A stretch of 64,000 nt of DNA from NCBI GenBank assembly GCA_046716885.1, contig JBKJWL010000051.1, positions 6,489-70,488 of the forward strand, in the 5' to 3' direction. Below the pieces are notes generated by a model that saw nothing but the letters and a program-made list of their open reading frames with translations, searched no databases and was not told the DNA's origin. Shown here piece after piece: positions 47,275 to 56,226 of the stretch (positions are counted from its first letter, which is position 1; the number at the start of each line of letters is the position of its first letter). Source of the DNA: Thermoanaerobaculia bacterium. Its GTDB lineage: Bacteria; Acidobacteriota; Thermoanaerobaculia; UBA5066; Gp7-AA6. A program made the translations under genes and the position numbers.

Positions 47275-48348
47275 ATGCCGACCAAGCGTGAAATCTATCT
47301 CCAGCGCCTCGAAACCGTGCGCCAGCGCCTGCGCACCCTGGGGACCGACGGGCTGTACGCGACCTCTTCTTCCAACCTCTTCTACCTCACGGGCATCGAC
47401 TTTCACCGGAGCGAACGTCTGACGGCCCTGCTTCTCTTCCAGGATACGGACCCGGTCGTGGTCTGCCCGTCCTTCGAGGCGTCGCGTCTCTCCACCATGT
47501 CGGCGGTCGGCCGGGTCGTGACCTGGGAGGAGACCGAAGACCCGTTCGCAAAGGCGGCCGCGCTCTTCCCAGCCTCCGCCGGGATCCTCGCCATCGAGCC
47601 CTCGACCGCGTACGACGACGTCGAGCGCCTTCTCCAGGCCCGGCCGGGCTGGAAGCCGGCGTCGGCGGCGGGGCTCTTCGGCACCCTCCGGATGATCAAG
47701 TCGGCCGAGGAGATCGAGATGATGCGCCAGGCGATCGCCGTGGCGATCCCGCGCTTCCGGAAGGCGTTCGCGGCGCTCTCGCCCGGCTGCCTCGAGGCCG
47801 ACATCTCGGCCTTGGTCGGCGGCGAGAACATGGTGCAGTTCGGCCCCTCGTCGGCCTTTCCACACGGCGCTTCGGGATCGACACCGCTGGCGCGCGATGA
47901 GGCCGTGCTCATCGATGCCTGGGACCGGCCGGACGGCTACTACTACGACATCACGCGCTCGACCTACTACGGCACGCCGACCGACGAGTACCGCACCGTG
48001 TGGTCGGTCGTTCTCGACGCCCAGACCGCCGCGATCGAAAAGGCCGGACCGGGCGTGCCCTGCTTCGAGGTCGACGCGGCCGCGCGCCGGGTGATCGAGA
48101 AGGCCGGCTACGGGGAGTACTTCACGCACCGACTGGGGCACGGCCTGGGAATCGACGTGCACGAGCCGCCCTACATGGTGGGACACGACCGGACGGTCTT
48201 GGAGCCCGGCATGACTTTCACGTCCGAGCCGGGGATCTACCTGCCCGGCCGCTTCGGCGTGCGCATCGAGGACGACATCGTCTGCACGGAGGCAGGCGCC
48301 GAGTCGCTGTCCCCGCGCGTCTCGCGCCTCGAGCCGCTGGCGGCCTGA
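47275..48348 (+). CDS. M24B metallopeptidase (Xaa-Pro amino/dipeptidase)
   Basis: 357 aa. Creatinase-like N-domain. Metal ligands in VLIDAWDRPDGYYYDITRS, HRLGHGLGIDVHE, FTSEPGIY, VRIEDDIV. Confidence 0.85.
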   Translation: MPTKREIYLQRLETVRQRLRTLGTDGLYATSSSNLFYLTGIDFHRSERLTALLLFQDTDPVVVCPSFEASRLSTMSAVGRVVTWEETEDPFAKAAALFPASAGILAIEPSTAYDDVERLLQARPGWKPASAAGLFGTLRMIKSAEEIEMMRQAIAVAIPRFRKAFAALSPGCLEADISALVGGENMVQFGPSSAFPHGASGSTPLARDEAVLIDAWDRPDGYYYDITRSTYYGTPTDEYRTVWSVVLDAQTAAIEKAGPGVPCFEVDAAARRVIEKAGYGEYFTHRLGHGLGIDVHEPPYMVGHDRTVLEPGMTFTSEPGIYLPGRFGVRIEDDIVCTEAGAESLSPRVSRLEPLAA

Positions 48349-48389
48349 CGCCGTCCCGAGTTTTGACCGCTTCGTCCCGACGCCCAATG

Positions 48390-48419
48390 GAAAAACCCCG
48401 GAACGGTATAGGGTTTTTC
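48390..48419. terminator. Inverted repeat GAAAAACCC-N12-GGGTTTTTC (terminator of the peptidase gene or operator of the wHTH-FHA gene)
   Basis: 9-bp perfect arms, read directly. It sits 42 nt after stop 48348 and ends 10 nt before ATG 48430. An A-tract/stem/T-tract geometry, but only 3 G:C pairs. Confidence 0.3.
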
Positions 48420-48429
48420 TCGAGACCCG

Positions 48430-49089
48430 ATGACGTTCCGCTTTGGAAGTCTGACGCTCGATTCAGAGAGCCGTTCGCTGGCGCGCGACGGCAAGGCCGT
48501 GTCGATCTCGCCGAAGGCCTTCAAGCTGCTCCAGGTCCTCCTCGAGGCCCGGCCCCGCGCGATTTCCAAGGCGGAGCTTCACCAGCGCCTCTGGCCCGAC
48601 ACCGTGGTCTCGGACGTCAACCTTCCCACCCTGATCGCCGAGATCCGGCAGGCGATCGGCGACGGGGCGCGCGCTCCCGAATTCATCCGGACGGTGTACG
48701 GCTACGGCTACGCCTTCTGCGGGACGGCCACGGCGACGCGGCGCGACGGCAGCCGCTCGCTCGGTTTGAGCGACCAGATCTTCCGCCTGCTCTGGGGCAA
48801 CCGCGAGGTCGCGCTGGCCGAGGGAGAGAACATCCTCGGAAGGGGCACAGACTCGCTGGTGTGGATCGACGCGCAGAGCGTGTCGCGCCGGCATGCGCGG
48901 GTGATGATCGCGACGGGCCTCGCGACACTCGAGGACCTCGGCTCCAAGAACGGCACGTTCGTCAACGGCATCCGGCTGACGGTGCCCGTCGCTCTGCGCG
49001 ACGGGGACGAGCTGCGGATCGGCAACGTGCCGATGACGCTGAAGGTCTTCTCCAAACCGAGCTCGACCGAGACGGCCACGGGCTACTGA
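48430..49089 (+). CDS. One-component regulator: OmpR/PhoB-type winged-helix DNA-binding domain fused to an FHA domain
   Basis: 219 aa. N-terminal trans_reg_C layout (ISPKAFKLLQVLLEARPRAISKAELHQRLWPD..VNLPTLIAEIRQAIGD..FIRTVYGYGYAF). C-terminal FHA (ILGRG..IDAQSVSRRHARV..DLGSKNGTFVNG..L.DGDELRIG). No receiver or BTAD domain. Confidence 0.8.
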   Translation: MTFRFGSLTLDSESRSLARDGKAVSISPKAFKLLQVLLEARPRAISKAELHQRLWPDTVVSDVNLPTLIAEIRQAIGDGARAPEFIRTVYGYGYAFCGTATATRRDGSRSLGLSDQIFRLLWGNREVALAEGENILGRGTDSLVWIDAQSVSRRHARVMIATGLATLEDLGSKNGTFVNGIRLTVPVALRDGDELRIGNVPMTLKVFSKPSSTETATGY

Positions 49090-49102
49090 TCCCGGCGCGG
49101 CC

Positions 49103-50542
49103 ATGAGGGCGCGGCGTATCGGCTGTCTCCTCGCGTTGACGGCGGTCTCGCTCTGGCTGCCCGCCGCCGAGGCCGGTTCTCAGGAGACGACCGCGCCCGC
49201 GGCGGAAGAAGCGGCTGACTTCGCGCGGCGGGCGGGGTTCGCCGCACTCCACGGGCCGCAGAGGATCTTCCTGGAATCGGTCGACGCGGACGGGATCCTT
49301 CGCCGGCTCCTCGGGAACTCCGTCTGGAGCGCCCTGACGGGCCGCCAGCAGAGCCTTCTGCGCACGGCCGTCCGGGAGCACTTCGCGCAGGCCCTGGCCC
49401 CGGCTTCCAAGGACCCGGGCGAGATCGCCTGGGCTTCCGTGGCCGAGTCGGGCCGGGGCCCGATCCTCGTCGACCTGGGAATGCGTTACGAGTCCTCGAT
49501 CCTGAAGACCCGGTGGACGGTCCGCCGCACGCCTCGGGGCTGGACGATCGAGGACATCCTGCTGGTCGACCCGGGACTGTCTCTGGCGGCGGAAGTCGGA
49601 CGATTCCTGGGGCCCGATCCGGTCCGGCGGCGCAACTCCGGGCGCGAGGCCCGCGCGAAGGTCCTTCCCAGGCTGATTGGCCTCGCGGCCATCGCTGCCC
49701 TCGTGGCCGTCGTTGCGCGCCGCCTGCCGCGGGAACGGCGCCCACTCCTCTGGCTGACCGCGTCGGTGCCCGCCGTGCTGTTTCTGGTGGATGGTTCGCT
49801 TGCCCTGCACCGCACCCTCTCGGAACCCTACGCGCTGGCTCCGGCGCCTCCCCCCCAATCCTGGAGGCACCTGGAGAAACGGGCCCTCGAAGCGCACGGC
49901 GCGGGCCGCGCGGACGAAGCCCGCGACGCGTGGCTCCGCGCGGTCGACGCGGGAGCCCCGGCGGCGAGCGTCTTCTACCAGATGGGGCTCCAGGCAAGAG
50001 CGCGCGGCGACGTCGAGGAAGCGCTGGCGGATTTCGAGCGTGCGAGCACCGAGAAGCCGCCCGCCCCCGGAGCCCTCCGCGAGCTCGCCGCCATCCGGCT
50101 CTCCCGGGGAGAGCTCGGAGAAGCGCGGTCTCTCCTCGAAACCTACCGCGCCCAGGCGGGGCCCGATCCCGAGACCCTCGCGACCCTGGCCGTCGTCGAG
50201 ACCAATCTGGGCGACACGGCGGCCGCCGTGCGCACGATCGAGAAGGCCCGATCGATGGTCCCCGACGCCTGGCGCCGCGCCGAACTCGAGGCCCAGATCC
50301 ACGCCCGCTCGGGGAACGCCTCGGCGACCGTCAGGGCGCTCGAGCCGCTCGAGACCGAAGGGCGCCTGGACCGATCCGCCCTCCGGGCGGATCCGGCATA
50401 TCTGCCGATCGCGACGGACCCGGTCTGGGTCGCATTTCTGTCGGAGCCATCGTCCGCGTCGACCCGACCGCCGGAGGCAAGCCGCCCCGCGACCCGACCA
50501 CCAGAGGCGAGCCGGCCACCGAAGGAAGACCCTCAGCAGTAG
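49103..50542 (+). CDS. Membrane protein: exported MlaC-like domain, TM helices, C-terminal TPR repeats
   Basis: 479 aa. Signal peptide MRARRIGCLLALTAVSLWLPAAEA. VDADGILRRLLGNSVWSALTGRQQSLLRTAVREHF..RWTVRRTPRGWTIEDILLVDPGLSL resembles MlaC/Ttg2D. TM segments LIGLAAIAALVAVVA and LWLTASVPAVLFLV. TPR-like repeats follow. The tail has a tandem TRPPEASRP x2. Confidence 0.6.
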   Translation: MRARRIGCLLALTAVSLWLPAAEAGSQETTAPAAEEAADFARRAGFAALHGPQRIFLESVDADGILRRLLGNSVWSALTGRQQSLLRTAVREHFAQALAPASKDPGEIAWASVAESGRGPILVDLGMRYESSILKTRWTVRRTPRGWTIEDILLVDPGLSLAAEVGRFLGPDPVRRRNSGREARAKVLPRLIGLAAIAALVAVVARRLPRERRPLLWLTASVPAVLFLVDGSLALHRTLSEPYALAPAPPPQSWRHLEKRALEAHGAGRADEARDAWLRAVDAGAPAASVFYQMGLQARARGDVEEALADFERASTEKPPAPGALRELAAIRLSRGELGEARSLLETYRAQAGPDPETLATLAVVETNLGDTAAAVRTIEKARSMVPDAWRRAELEAQIHARSGNASATVRALEPLETEGRLDRSALRADPAYLPIATDPVWVAFLSEPSSASTRPPEASRPATRPPEASRPPKEDPQQ

Positions 50543-50544
50543 TC

Positions 50545-50564
50545 AACGCCGGTACTCCGGCGTT
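50545..50564. terminator. Hairpin AACGCCGG-TACT-CCGGCGTT between convergent genes (candidate bidirectional terminator)
   Basis: An 8-bp perfect stem with a 4-nt loop in the 46-nt gap between stops 50542 (+) and 50589 (-). No U tract. Confidence 0.4.
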
Positions 50565-50588
50565 ACCGGCGCGGCCGAGCCCTAACCG

Positions 50589-51785
50589 TCAGTAGCCGGC
50601 CCGTTTTCTCCATCCGGAGTAGAGCTCCTCCGCCGAGAGGCCGGCCTCCGCGCGCAGCGCCTCGGGAAAAGACGCTCCCTCGCCGAGCGCCGCGACGAGA
50701 CACGCGAGCGCCCGCTCCCCCCGGAAAATGGCCAGATACTCGACGATCGTCAGTGACTGGGCGTAGCTGGCCCGCGCCGTGCTGCGGTCGAGGACCTCGC
50801 GGAAGCGGGCATCGAGCGCCGCGAGCGACTCGGCCGGGCGCGCTCCCGCTGCGGACCGGATCTCGCGCTGGGGAATCCGCCGGCCCTCGAGCCACTGGGC
50901 CAGTCCTTCGTGCAGCCAGCCGGGGGCGCGATCGCGTGTGGAAAGGCGCAGCAGCGCGTGGGCGAGCTCGTGGGCGAGGACCCCGGACAACGCCGCTGGG
51001 GCATCGGCCTCCACCGACACGCGGATCTTCCCGTCGTACACGCCGGAGACCCAGTCCGGCACCGACACGAGGGAGAACCACGCGCGACCGTCATACAGGA
51101 CGACGACCTGCGGACGCCGCAGTTGCGCCCCAAGAAATACGGCCTGTTCGCGGTACGCCGCCTCGAGCGCGTCCCCCGCCTGCCGCGCCACGTCTTCCGG
51201 AACGCCCGGATCGGCGAACACGGCGAAATGCTCGAGCCGGATCGACCTCTGTCCGCGCGTCACCGCCAGCTCGTCGCGGGCGCGCGCCAGGCGCGCCAGG
51301 AGCTTCGGATCCTGACCCCCGAAGCGCACAAACTCGCTCCACGCGGCGACGGCGTCCTCGAGCCTGTGGAACGCGTCGTAAACATCGCCCAGGACGCCGT
51401 AGATCTCGGGCGGGGCGCGCGTCGCCCGCGGCTCGGCCCGCTGCAGGTAGAACCGGGCCGAGTCGAAGTCGCCCGCGCGGACGTACGCCAGGGTCAGCTC
51501 CGCGAGGGTCAGGCCGTTCTCCTCGTCGAGCCCGTACGCCTCCCCCAGGAGCTCGATGGCCCGGCCCGTCTCTCCCTCGGTCAGAAAAAGACGCCCGAGG
51601 ATCGCGAGGGACTCGGCGAGCTCCCGAGCGTCCGGCGTGCCGGGCATCACCGACTCGGCGCGCCGGTGCAGGGCGGCGACGGCCCGCTCGCGGTCCTCCC
51701 CTCCCGCGGGCGGGGCCAGCGGGGGGGGCGCAGCCTGTCCCGCCAGCGCGACGGCCGCCAGAAAAGACGCGACCGTCGGCGTCAA
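50589..51785 (-). CDS. Secreted gluzincin-type (peptidase MA-like) HExxH protein with N-terminal TPR-like repeats
   Basis: An in-frame TTG at 51785 overlaps the upstream stop (TTGA), giving 398 aa starting LTPTVASFLAAVALAGQA (signal). VLAHELAHALL (HExxH) followed 15 residues later by WLHEGLAQW (candidate third Glu ligand). Confidence 0.65.
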   Translation of the reverse strand: MTPTVASFLAAVALAGQAAPPPLAPPAGGEDRERAVAALHRRAESVMPGTPDARELAESLAILGRLFLTEGETGRAIELLGEAYGLDEENGLTLAELTLAYVRAGDFDSARFYLQRAEPRATRAPPEIYGVLGDVYDAFHRLEDAVAAWSEFVRFGGQDPKLLARLARARDELAVTRGQRSIRLEHFAVFADPGVPEDVARQAGDALEAAYREQAVFLGAQLRRPQVVVLYDGRAWFSLVSVPDWVSGVYDGKIRVSVEADAPAALSGVLAHELAHALLRLSTRDRAPGWLHEGLAQWLEGRRIPQREIRSAAGARPAESLAALDARFREVLDRSTARASYAQSLTIVEYLAIFRGERALACLVAALGEGASFPEALRAEAGLSAEELYSGWRKRAGY

Positions 51786-53914
51786 GGCACGAGGAAGGGT
51801 GCGGAGGCCTGGCGCGCCTGTCCGGTCGACGCGTCCTGCAGAAAGATCCGCAGTCCGTAGCGGCCCGGCGCCAGACCCGCCGGTGCCTGGAAGGAGAGCA
51901 GGAGCATCCGCTTCCCGTCGGCCTCGGGCGTGGACTTCCCGAGAACGGAGAGGGTGCCTTCGGAGAGCGGACGGCCGTCCTCGGCGAGAATCTGACTCCC
52001 GACCTTGAGCGTCTCCGCCCCGCTCGCGGCCCCGAAGTGGTAGGCGACGAGACAGACCCGTGAAGCCGTTCCCGACGGCAGTTGCGGCAACGCGGCCGGC
52101 GCGAAGCTCTCGCCGCCGAGCGCTAAGACCGGATAGCCCCCCGTCCCGGCGGCGCCGCTGCTCTTCCCCTGGAGCTGAAGCCACTCGCCCTTCTCTTCGA
52201 GGAACATCGGCGGAAGCAGGTATGGCTGATGGGCCGAAAAGGCCGGGACGTGGAGAGACGAGACCGACAATCCCATGCGCCCCGTGTCGGCGTTGCGCAC
52301 GAGCGCCCGGAGGCGGTACGTGCCGGGCGGCAGGACCAGCTCGCCGTAGTACTTGAAGCCGCCCGCGTTCAGCTTCTCCCGGCTCTGCGTCAGGTCGACC
52401 CCGATAGTCTGCACGAAGTAGTCGGCAAGACGATTGTCCTGGTCATTGGCGTAGACGTAGATCTCGAGGCCCGTCCGGTCGCCCTTCTCGCCCTCGAGGA
52501 AGTCGGCGCCGGGGATCTCGAGGAGGACCTGCACGGCCGCCACCGCCCCGGAGGTCGCAAACGGCGTCGCGAGAAGCCGCGTCCGGATGTCGCGGACCGG
52601 GATCTCGTTGGCGATCACGTCGGCGGCGGAAAGGTTGCGTTCGAGCGGCGTCAGATGTTTGAAGCCCTTCCGCTCGAAGTAGCCCGCACGCGCCGAAACG
52701 CGCGCGCCGGCCACCGCGACCTTCACTTTGAGCTCGTGGAACTTTCCCTCCTTGCCCGCGCGGTCCGGGCGGAAGGCGAGCACGTACACGCGGCTCGTCT
52801 GGCTCATCAGCCGGTCGAGCTGCCCGCCCAAGTCGTTGGCGTTGCGAAAGACCTCGCCTCCGGTGCCGCTCGCGATCTCGTAGAGAGAGTTCTCGATCTC
52901 GCGCGGGCCGACCGAAATCGCGTCGGCCTCGGCGTCCGCCTCGCCGCGGATCCCTGCGATGTCGACGGCGTGGATCACACAGTCGGCGCGGCGGAAGACC
53001 CTCCCCATCTCGGCCAGATCCGACCGGAGCGGTGTGTTGCCGAACCGCTTGTCCGAATCGACCTTCCACAGCTCCCCTTCGATCAGCCACTGGCGCTCCT
53101 GGTCGGACTCGCGCTCCCCAACGAGATACCGGCCGCTGAATCCTTCCGAGAGATAGATGACGTCTTTGCGCCCTTCGACGGCGTCGAGCGCCTGCGCCAG
53201 TTCCTTGAACGACTCGATCAGGTGCCGCACGCGGCCGCGGGCGTACTCATCGACCCGCGCCCGGGTGAGCGACGACAGCGTTTGCAGATACTCGATCAGG
53301 GCCGCGGCCTGAGCCTCCTGCCGGCCCCCGCTTCTGCCCGCGCCTGTGCTTCCGATGATGGCCGTGTCGAACGCGAATGCCAGAGGGTCCCGAAGGTCGC
53401 GAGGAGCTTCGAGCCCGAGCGTGTCGATCGCCTGGGCGAGCTGGACCCGATCCCGGGAAAACGTCACGAGCAGCCGCACGCCCTTCTCGACAGAGTACGT
53501 CGCGACGGCGGCGAGGTCGCTGTCCTGGAGCGCCTGGAGCACGAACTCCTTGGCGGCACGCCGCGCGGCGACGATGGCCTTCGGCCGCGCAAACGAGAAG
53601 TCGAAGAGAAACAGGAATCGCCGCCGGGCTTCGGGCGGAAGCTGCTCCCCGGGGAGGGCCACTTTTTCCGCCAGATCGATCGCGTCGAAGCCCACGATCT
53701 GCTGTGTCCTCCCGTCGTCGAAAAGCGTGAAGTCTTTCGCCAGAAGGTCGGGGATCGGCTTGCCGTCGCGATCCGTGACGCGCACGGGGACTTCGACGAG
53801 GGAGACCTCCGCGCTTTCGCGGACCGGCGCGGGGTCCGGCGCCTTCTGCGCCCGCGCTCCCGGAGTGCAGAGCCCTGCAAGCGCGAACACCGCGATCAGA
53901 CGCAGCGACCTCAT
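51782..53914 (-). CDS. Secreted VWA-domain protein of the VWFA-related Acidobacterial-domain type, with a large C-terminal extension
   Basis: ATG 53914 preceded by AGAGGG (710 aa). Signal MRSLRLIAVFALAGLCTPGARAQ. VSLVEVPVRVTDRDGKPIPDLLAKDFTLFDDGRTQQIVGFD..RRFLFLFDFS is the typical opening of that family (recalled). About 400 further residues are beta-rich. Confidence 0.7.
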   Translation of the reverse strand: MRSLRLIAVFALAGLCTPGARAQKAPDPAPVRESAEVSLVEVPVRVTDRDGKPIPDLLAKDFTLFDDGRTQQIVGFDAIDLAEKVALPGEQLPPEARRRFLFLFDFSFARPKAIVAARRAAKEFVLQALQDSDLAAVATYSVEKGVRLLVTFSRDRVQLAQAIDTLGLEAPRDLRDPLAFAFDTAIIGSTGAGRSGGRQEAQAAALIEYLQTLSSLTRARVDEYARGRVRHLIESFKELAQALDAVEGRKDVIYLSEGFSGRYLVGERESDQERQWLIEGELWKVDSDKRFGNTPLRSDLAEMGRVFRRADCVIHAVDIAGIRGEADAEADAISVGPREIENSLYEIASGTGGEVFRNANDLGGQLDRLMSQTSRVYVLAFRPDRAGKEGKFHELKVKVAVAGARVSARAGYFERKGFKHLTPLERNLSAADVIANEIPVRDIRTRLLATPFATSGAVAAVQVLLEIPGADFLEGEKGDRTGLEIYVYANDQDNRLADYFVQTIGVDLTQSREKLNAGGFKYYGELVLPPGTYRLRALVRNADTGRMGLSVSSLHVPAFSAHQPYLLPPMFLEEKGEWLQLQGKSSGAAGTGGYPVLALGGESFAPAALPQLPSGTASRVCLVAYHFGAASGAETLKVGSQILAEDGRPLSEGTLSVLGKSTPEADGKRMLLLSFQAPAGLAPGRYGLRIFLQDASTGQARQASAPFLVP

Positions 53915-53972
53915 GGAACCCTCTTGTGCGACAGAGCCCATTATGCCCCTCCCGGTCGCCTGGACGCCGATT

Positions 53973-56168
53973 TCACGAGCCGTTGCTCGGAAGCGAACGC
54001 AGCAGCCGGCGGGCCTCGGCGAGGTTGGCCGCGTACCGTTCTCGCGGAGCCGAGCCCATGAAGCGCTCCAGAGCCCTTCGGGCCTGCTCCGTCCGGCCGG
54101 TGCGCCCCTCGAGGATCGCGAGATTGAACAGGGCGTCGAATTGATCCGGGCCGGAGGCGATTGCCTTTTCCCAGGCCTCCCGAGCGCCGGCCGGATCCCC
54201 GAGAGCCGCCCGGGCCACACCCAGCATCGTGAGCGTGTCCGGCGCCCCCGGCTTCTGCCGCAGCGAGCTCTCGAACCAGTCGCGGGCCTTCGCGGGATCC
54301 TTCAGGCGCAGGGCGAGCGAGCCCCGGTGAAAGAGGACGGCCGCGTCGCCGGGCCGCGCCGCCAGCGCCTTTTCGAACGCTCTTTCGGCCTCCTCGAGCC
54401 GTCCGGTCTCCGCCAGCGCGACACCCAGACGGTCGAGCGTGTCCGCGTCGCCTGCGCCGGCGAAGGGGGCGAGCAGCGATACGGCCTCCCCGGCCCGGCC
54501 GCTTTCGGTCAAGAGCCGGGCCAGCTCCCGCCGGGACCTTTCGGTCGCGAGATTGCGGGAAACCGACTCTCGCAGCACCCGTTCGGCCCCCTTTCGGTCC
54601 CCGCTCTTTTCGAGAAGCCCGGCCAGTTGGTCGTACGCGGGCGCGATCTCTTCGCCCACTCCGGTCTCTCCGACCTCCGCGATTCCCTTCTCGAGAACCG
54701 ACGCCGCCTCGCGCGGCTTGCCGAGCCGGTCGAGACTCTCCGCCATCATTCGCCAGGCCGCGAGAATCCGCGGATCGGTCGCGACGACCTCGCGGGCGGC
54801 CGCGACGGCTTCGGCATCCTTCTTCGCGTAGAAGAGGGCGAAGAGCTTCTTGTAGCGCCGCAGCTCTCGGACGCGATCCTTCGGATCCGGCAAGCCCTTT
54901 TCCGAGAGCGTGCCCGACATCACGCCGATGTAGCCGAGCGAGGCCAGCCGCGCGACTTCTTCGGGCGTCGAGGCCGCGGGCCCCTGCAGGGGGCGTTCGA
55001 TCTTCGAAAGCTCCCATCGCAGCGAGCGGAACGCCGGCGACATCTCTCCGGCCAGGTTCCGAAGCTCGCCGGGATCGGCGTCGAGATCGTACAGCTCGGG
55101 TCGGGGCGCTTCGATGTAGTGGTATCGCGCGTCCGTCAATGACGCCAGATCGCTCCAGCCGAGCTGCAGGCGCGGATAGAGCGCTTCGGCGTAGATGCGG
55201 CGCGGCGGGCGCTGCCCGGACTCGTCGCTCAGAGGAAGCGGCCTGCCCGCCAGATCGGGCGGCGGCGACAGCCCGAGAAGGGCTGCGACCGTCGGCACGA
55301 TGTCGATCAGACCGACCGGCTCGCGGACGACACCGCCTGCCCGCTTCGAGCCCGGCAGCTTGACCAGGAGCGGGACTCGCATGGTCTCCCGATACAGAAA
55401 AACGCCGTGCTCGTCTTCGCCGTGGTCGCCGAGCCCCTCGCCGTGATCCGAAGTGAAGAGCAGGAGGGCGCGGTCGTAGATCCCCTTCTTGCGCAGGGAG
55501 TCGACGAAGCGTCCGACGGCGGCGTCGGCCGCCGCGATCTCGCCGTCGTAAGAGGCCGTCCGGTAGCGGGTCCGATAGGGCTCCGGCGGTTCGTACGGGA
55601 AGTGCGGCTCATAGAGGTGGAGAAACAGGAACTGGGGCTTCGATCCGGCGGAATCGCTCCACGCCTCGAGGCGCTGCGCCGTGACGTCGCCCGGCCGCTC
55701 GTCCGGGCCGCCCCTCGGGAACTCGTCGTCGTAGAAGTCGAAGCCCGAGTCCAGTCCGCGGCTGCGCTCCAGCACGTAGGACGAGACCGCGGCCCCGGTC
55801 GCGTACCCGTTCGATCGCAGCCAGCCCGGGAGTGTGACGTGGCGCGGCGACAGCAGGAAGCCGATGTTGTCCCTCACGCCGTTCTGGAAAGGCAGCAGCC
55901 CCGTGAGCATGGTCGCGTGGGATGGCACGGTGAGCGGGGCGTGGGACCAGGCGTTCTCGAACAGGATCGCATCTCGGCGCAGGCGATCGAGCGCCGGCGT
56001 CGCGACGCCGCGGTATCCGTAGGCCGGCAGGTGATCGGCGCGGAGCGTGTCGACCGAGATGAGCACGACCGGCGCTTTCGGAAAGGTCTCGGCACGCCGT
56101 CCGCAGCCCGCAGCCAGCAGCCAGCCGCCCAGCCAGAGGATCGAGGAGGACCGCCGCATTCCCCCCAT
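53973..56168 (-). CDS. Sulfatase-fold hydrolase/transferase fused to C-terminal TPR repeats, paralogue 2 (lipoprotein-like signal)
   Basis: ATG 56168 (731 aa). MGGMRRSSSILWLGGWLLAAGC. VVLISVDTLRADHLPAYGY, PLTVPSHATMLTG, FTSDHGEGLGDHGE. TPR tail. Preceded by a strong terminator. Confidence 0.8.
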   Translation of the reverse strand: MGGMRRSSSILWLGGWLLAAGCGRRAETFPKAPVVLISVDTLRADHLPAYGYRGVATPALDRLRRDAILFENAWSHAPLTVPSHATMLTGLLPFQNGVRDNIGFLLSPRHVTLPGWLRSNGYATGAAVSSYVLERSRGLDSGFDFYDDEFPRGGPDERPGDVTAQRLEAWSDSAGSKPQFLFLHLYEPHFPYEPPEPYRTRYRTASYDGEIAAADAAVGRFVDSLRKKGIYDRALLLFTSDHGEGLGDHGEDEHGVFLYRETMRVPLLVKLPGSKRAGGVVREPVGLIDIVPTVAALLGLSPPPDLAGRPLPLSDESGQRPPRRIYAEALYPRLQLGWSDLASLTDARYHYIEAPRPELYDLDADPGELRNLAGEMSPAFRSLRWELSKIERPLQGPAASTPEEVARLASLGYIGVMSGTLSEKGLPDPKDRVRELRRYKKLFALFYAKKDAEAVAAAREVVATDPRILAAWRMMAESLDRLGKPREAASVLEKGIAEVGETGVGEEIAPAYDQLAGLLEKSGDRKGAERVLRESVSRNLATERSRRELARLLTESGRAGEAVSLLAPFAGAGDADTLDRLGVALAETGRLEEAERAFEKALAARPGDAAVLFHRGSLALRLKDPAKARDWFESSLRQKPGAPDTLTMLGVARAALGDPAGAREAWEKAIASGPDQFDALFNLAILEGRTGRTEQARRALERFMGSAPRERYAANLAEARRLLRSLPSNGS

Positions 56169-56176
56169 TAGGGCAC

Positions 56177-56208
56177 AAAAAAAGGCCGCCGGTGCTCCCG
56201 GCGGCCTT
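56177..56208 (-). terminator. Strong rho-independent terminator after the TonB-dependent receptor gene
   Basis: Minus strand: AAGGCCGCCGG-GAGCA-CCGGCGGCCTT followed by an unbroken run of 7 T, the first two of which close the stem (11-bp perfect stem, 5-nt loop). Starts 19 nt after stop codon 56227-56229. Confidence 0.8.
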
Positions 56209-56226
56209 GAAGAGACAGGATGCGGT

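Noticed and set aside
51721-51728. G8 homopolymer, considered as a phase-variation tract
   Set aside because: It lies inside the gluzincin-TPR coding frame, where it simply encodes Pro-Pro-Pro in a signal-proximal linker. There is no sign of frame disruption.
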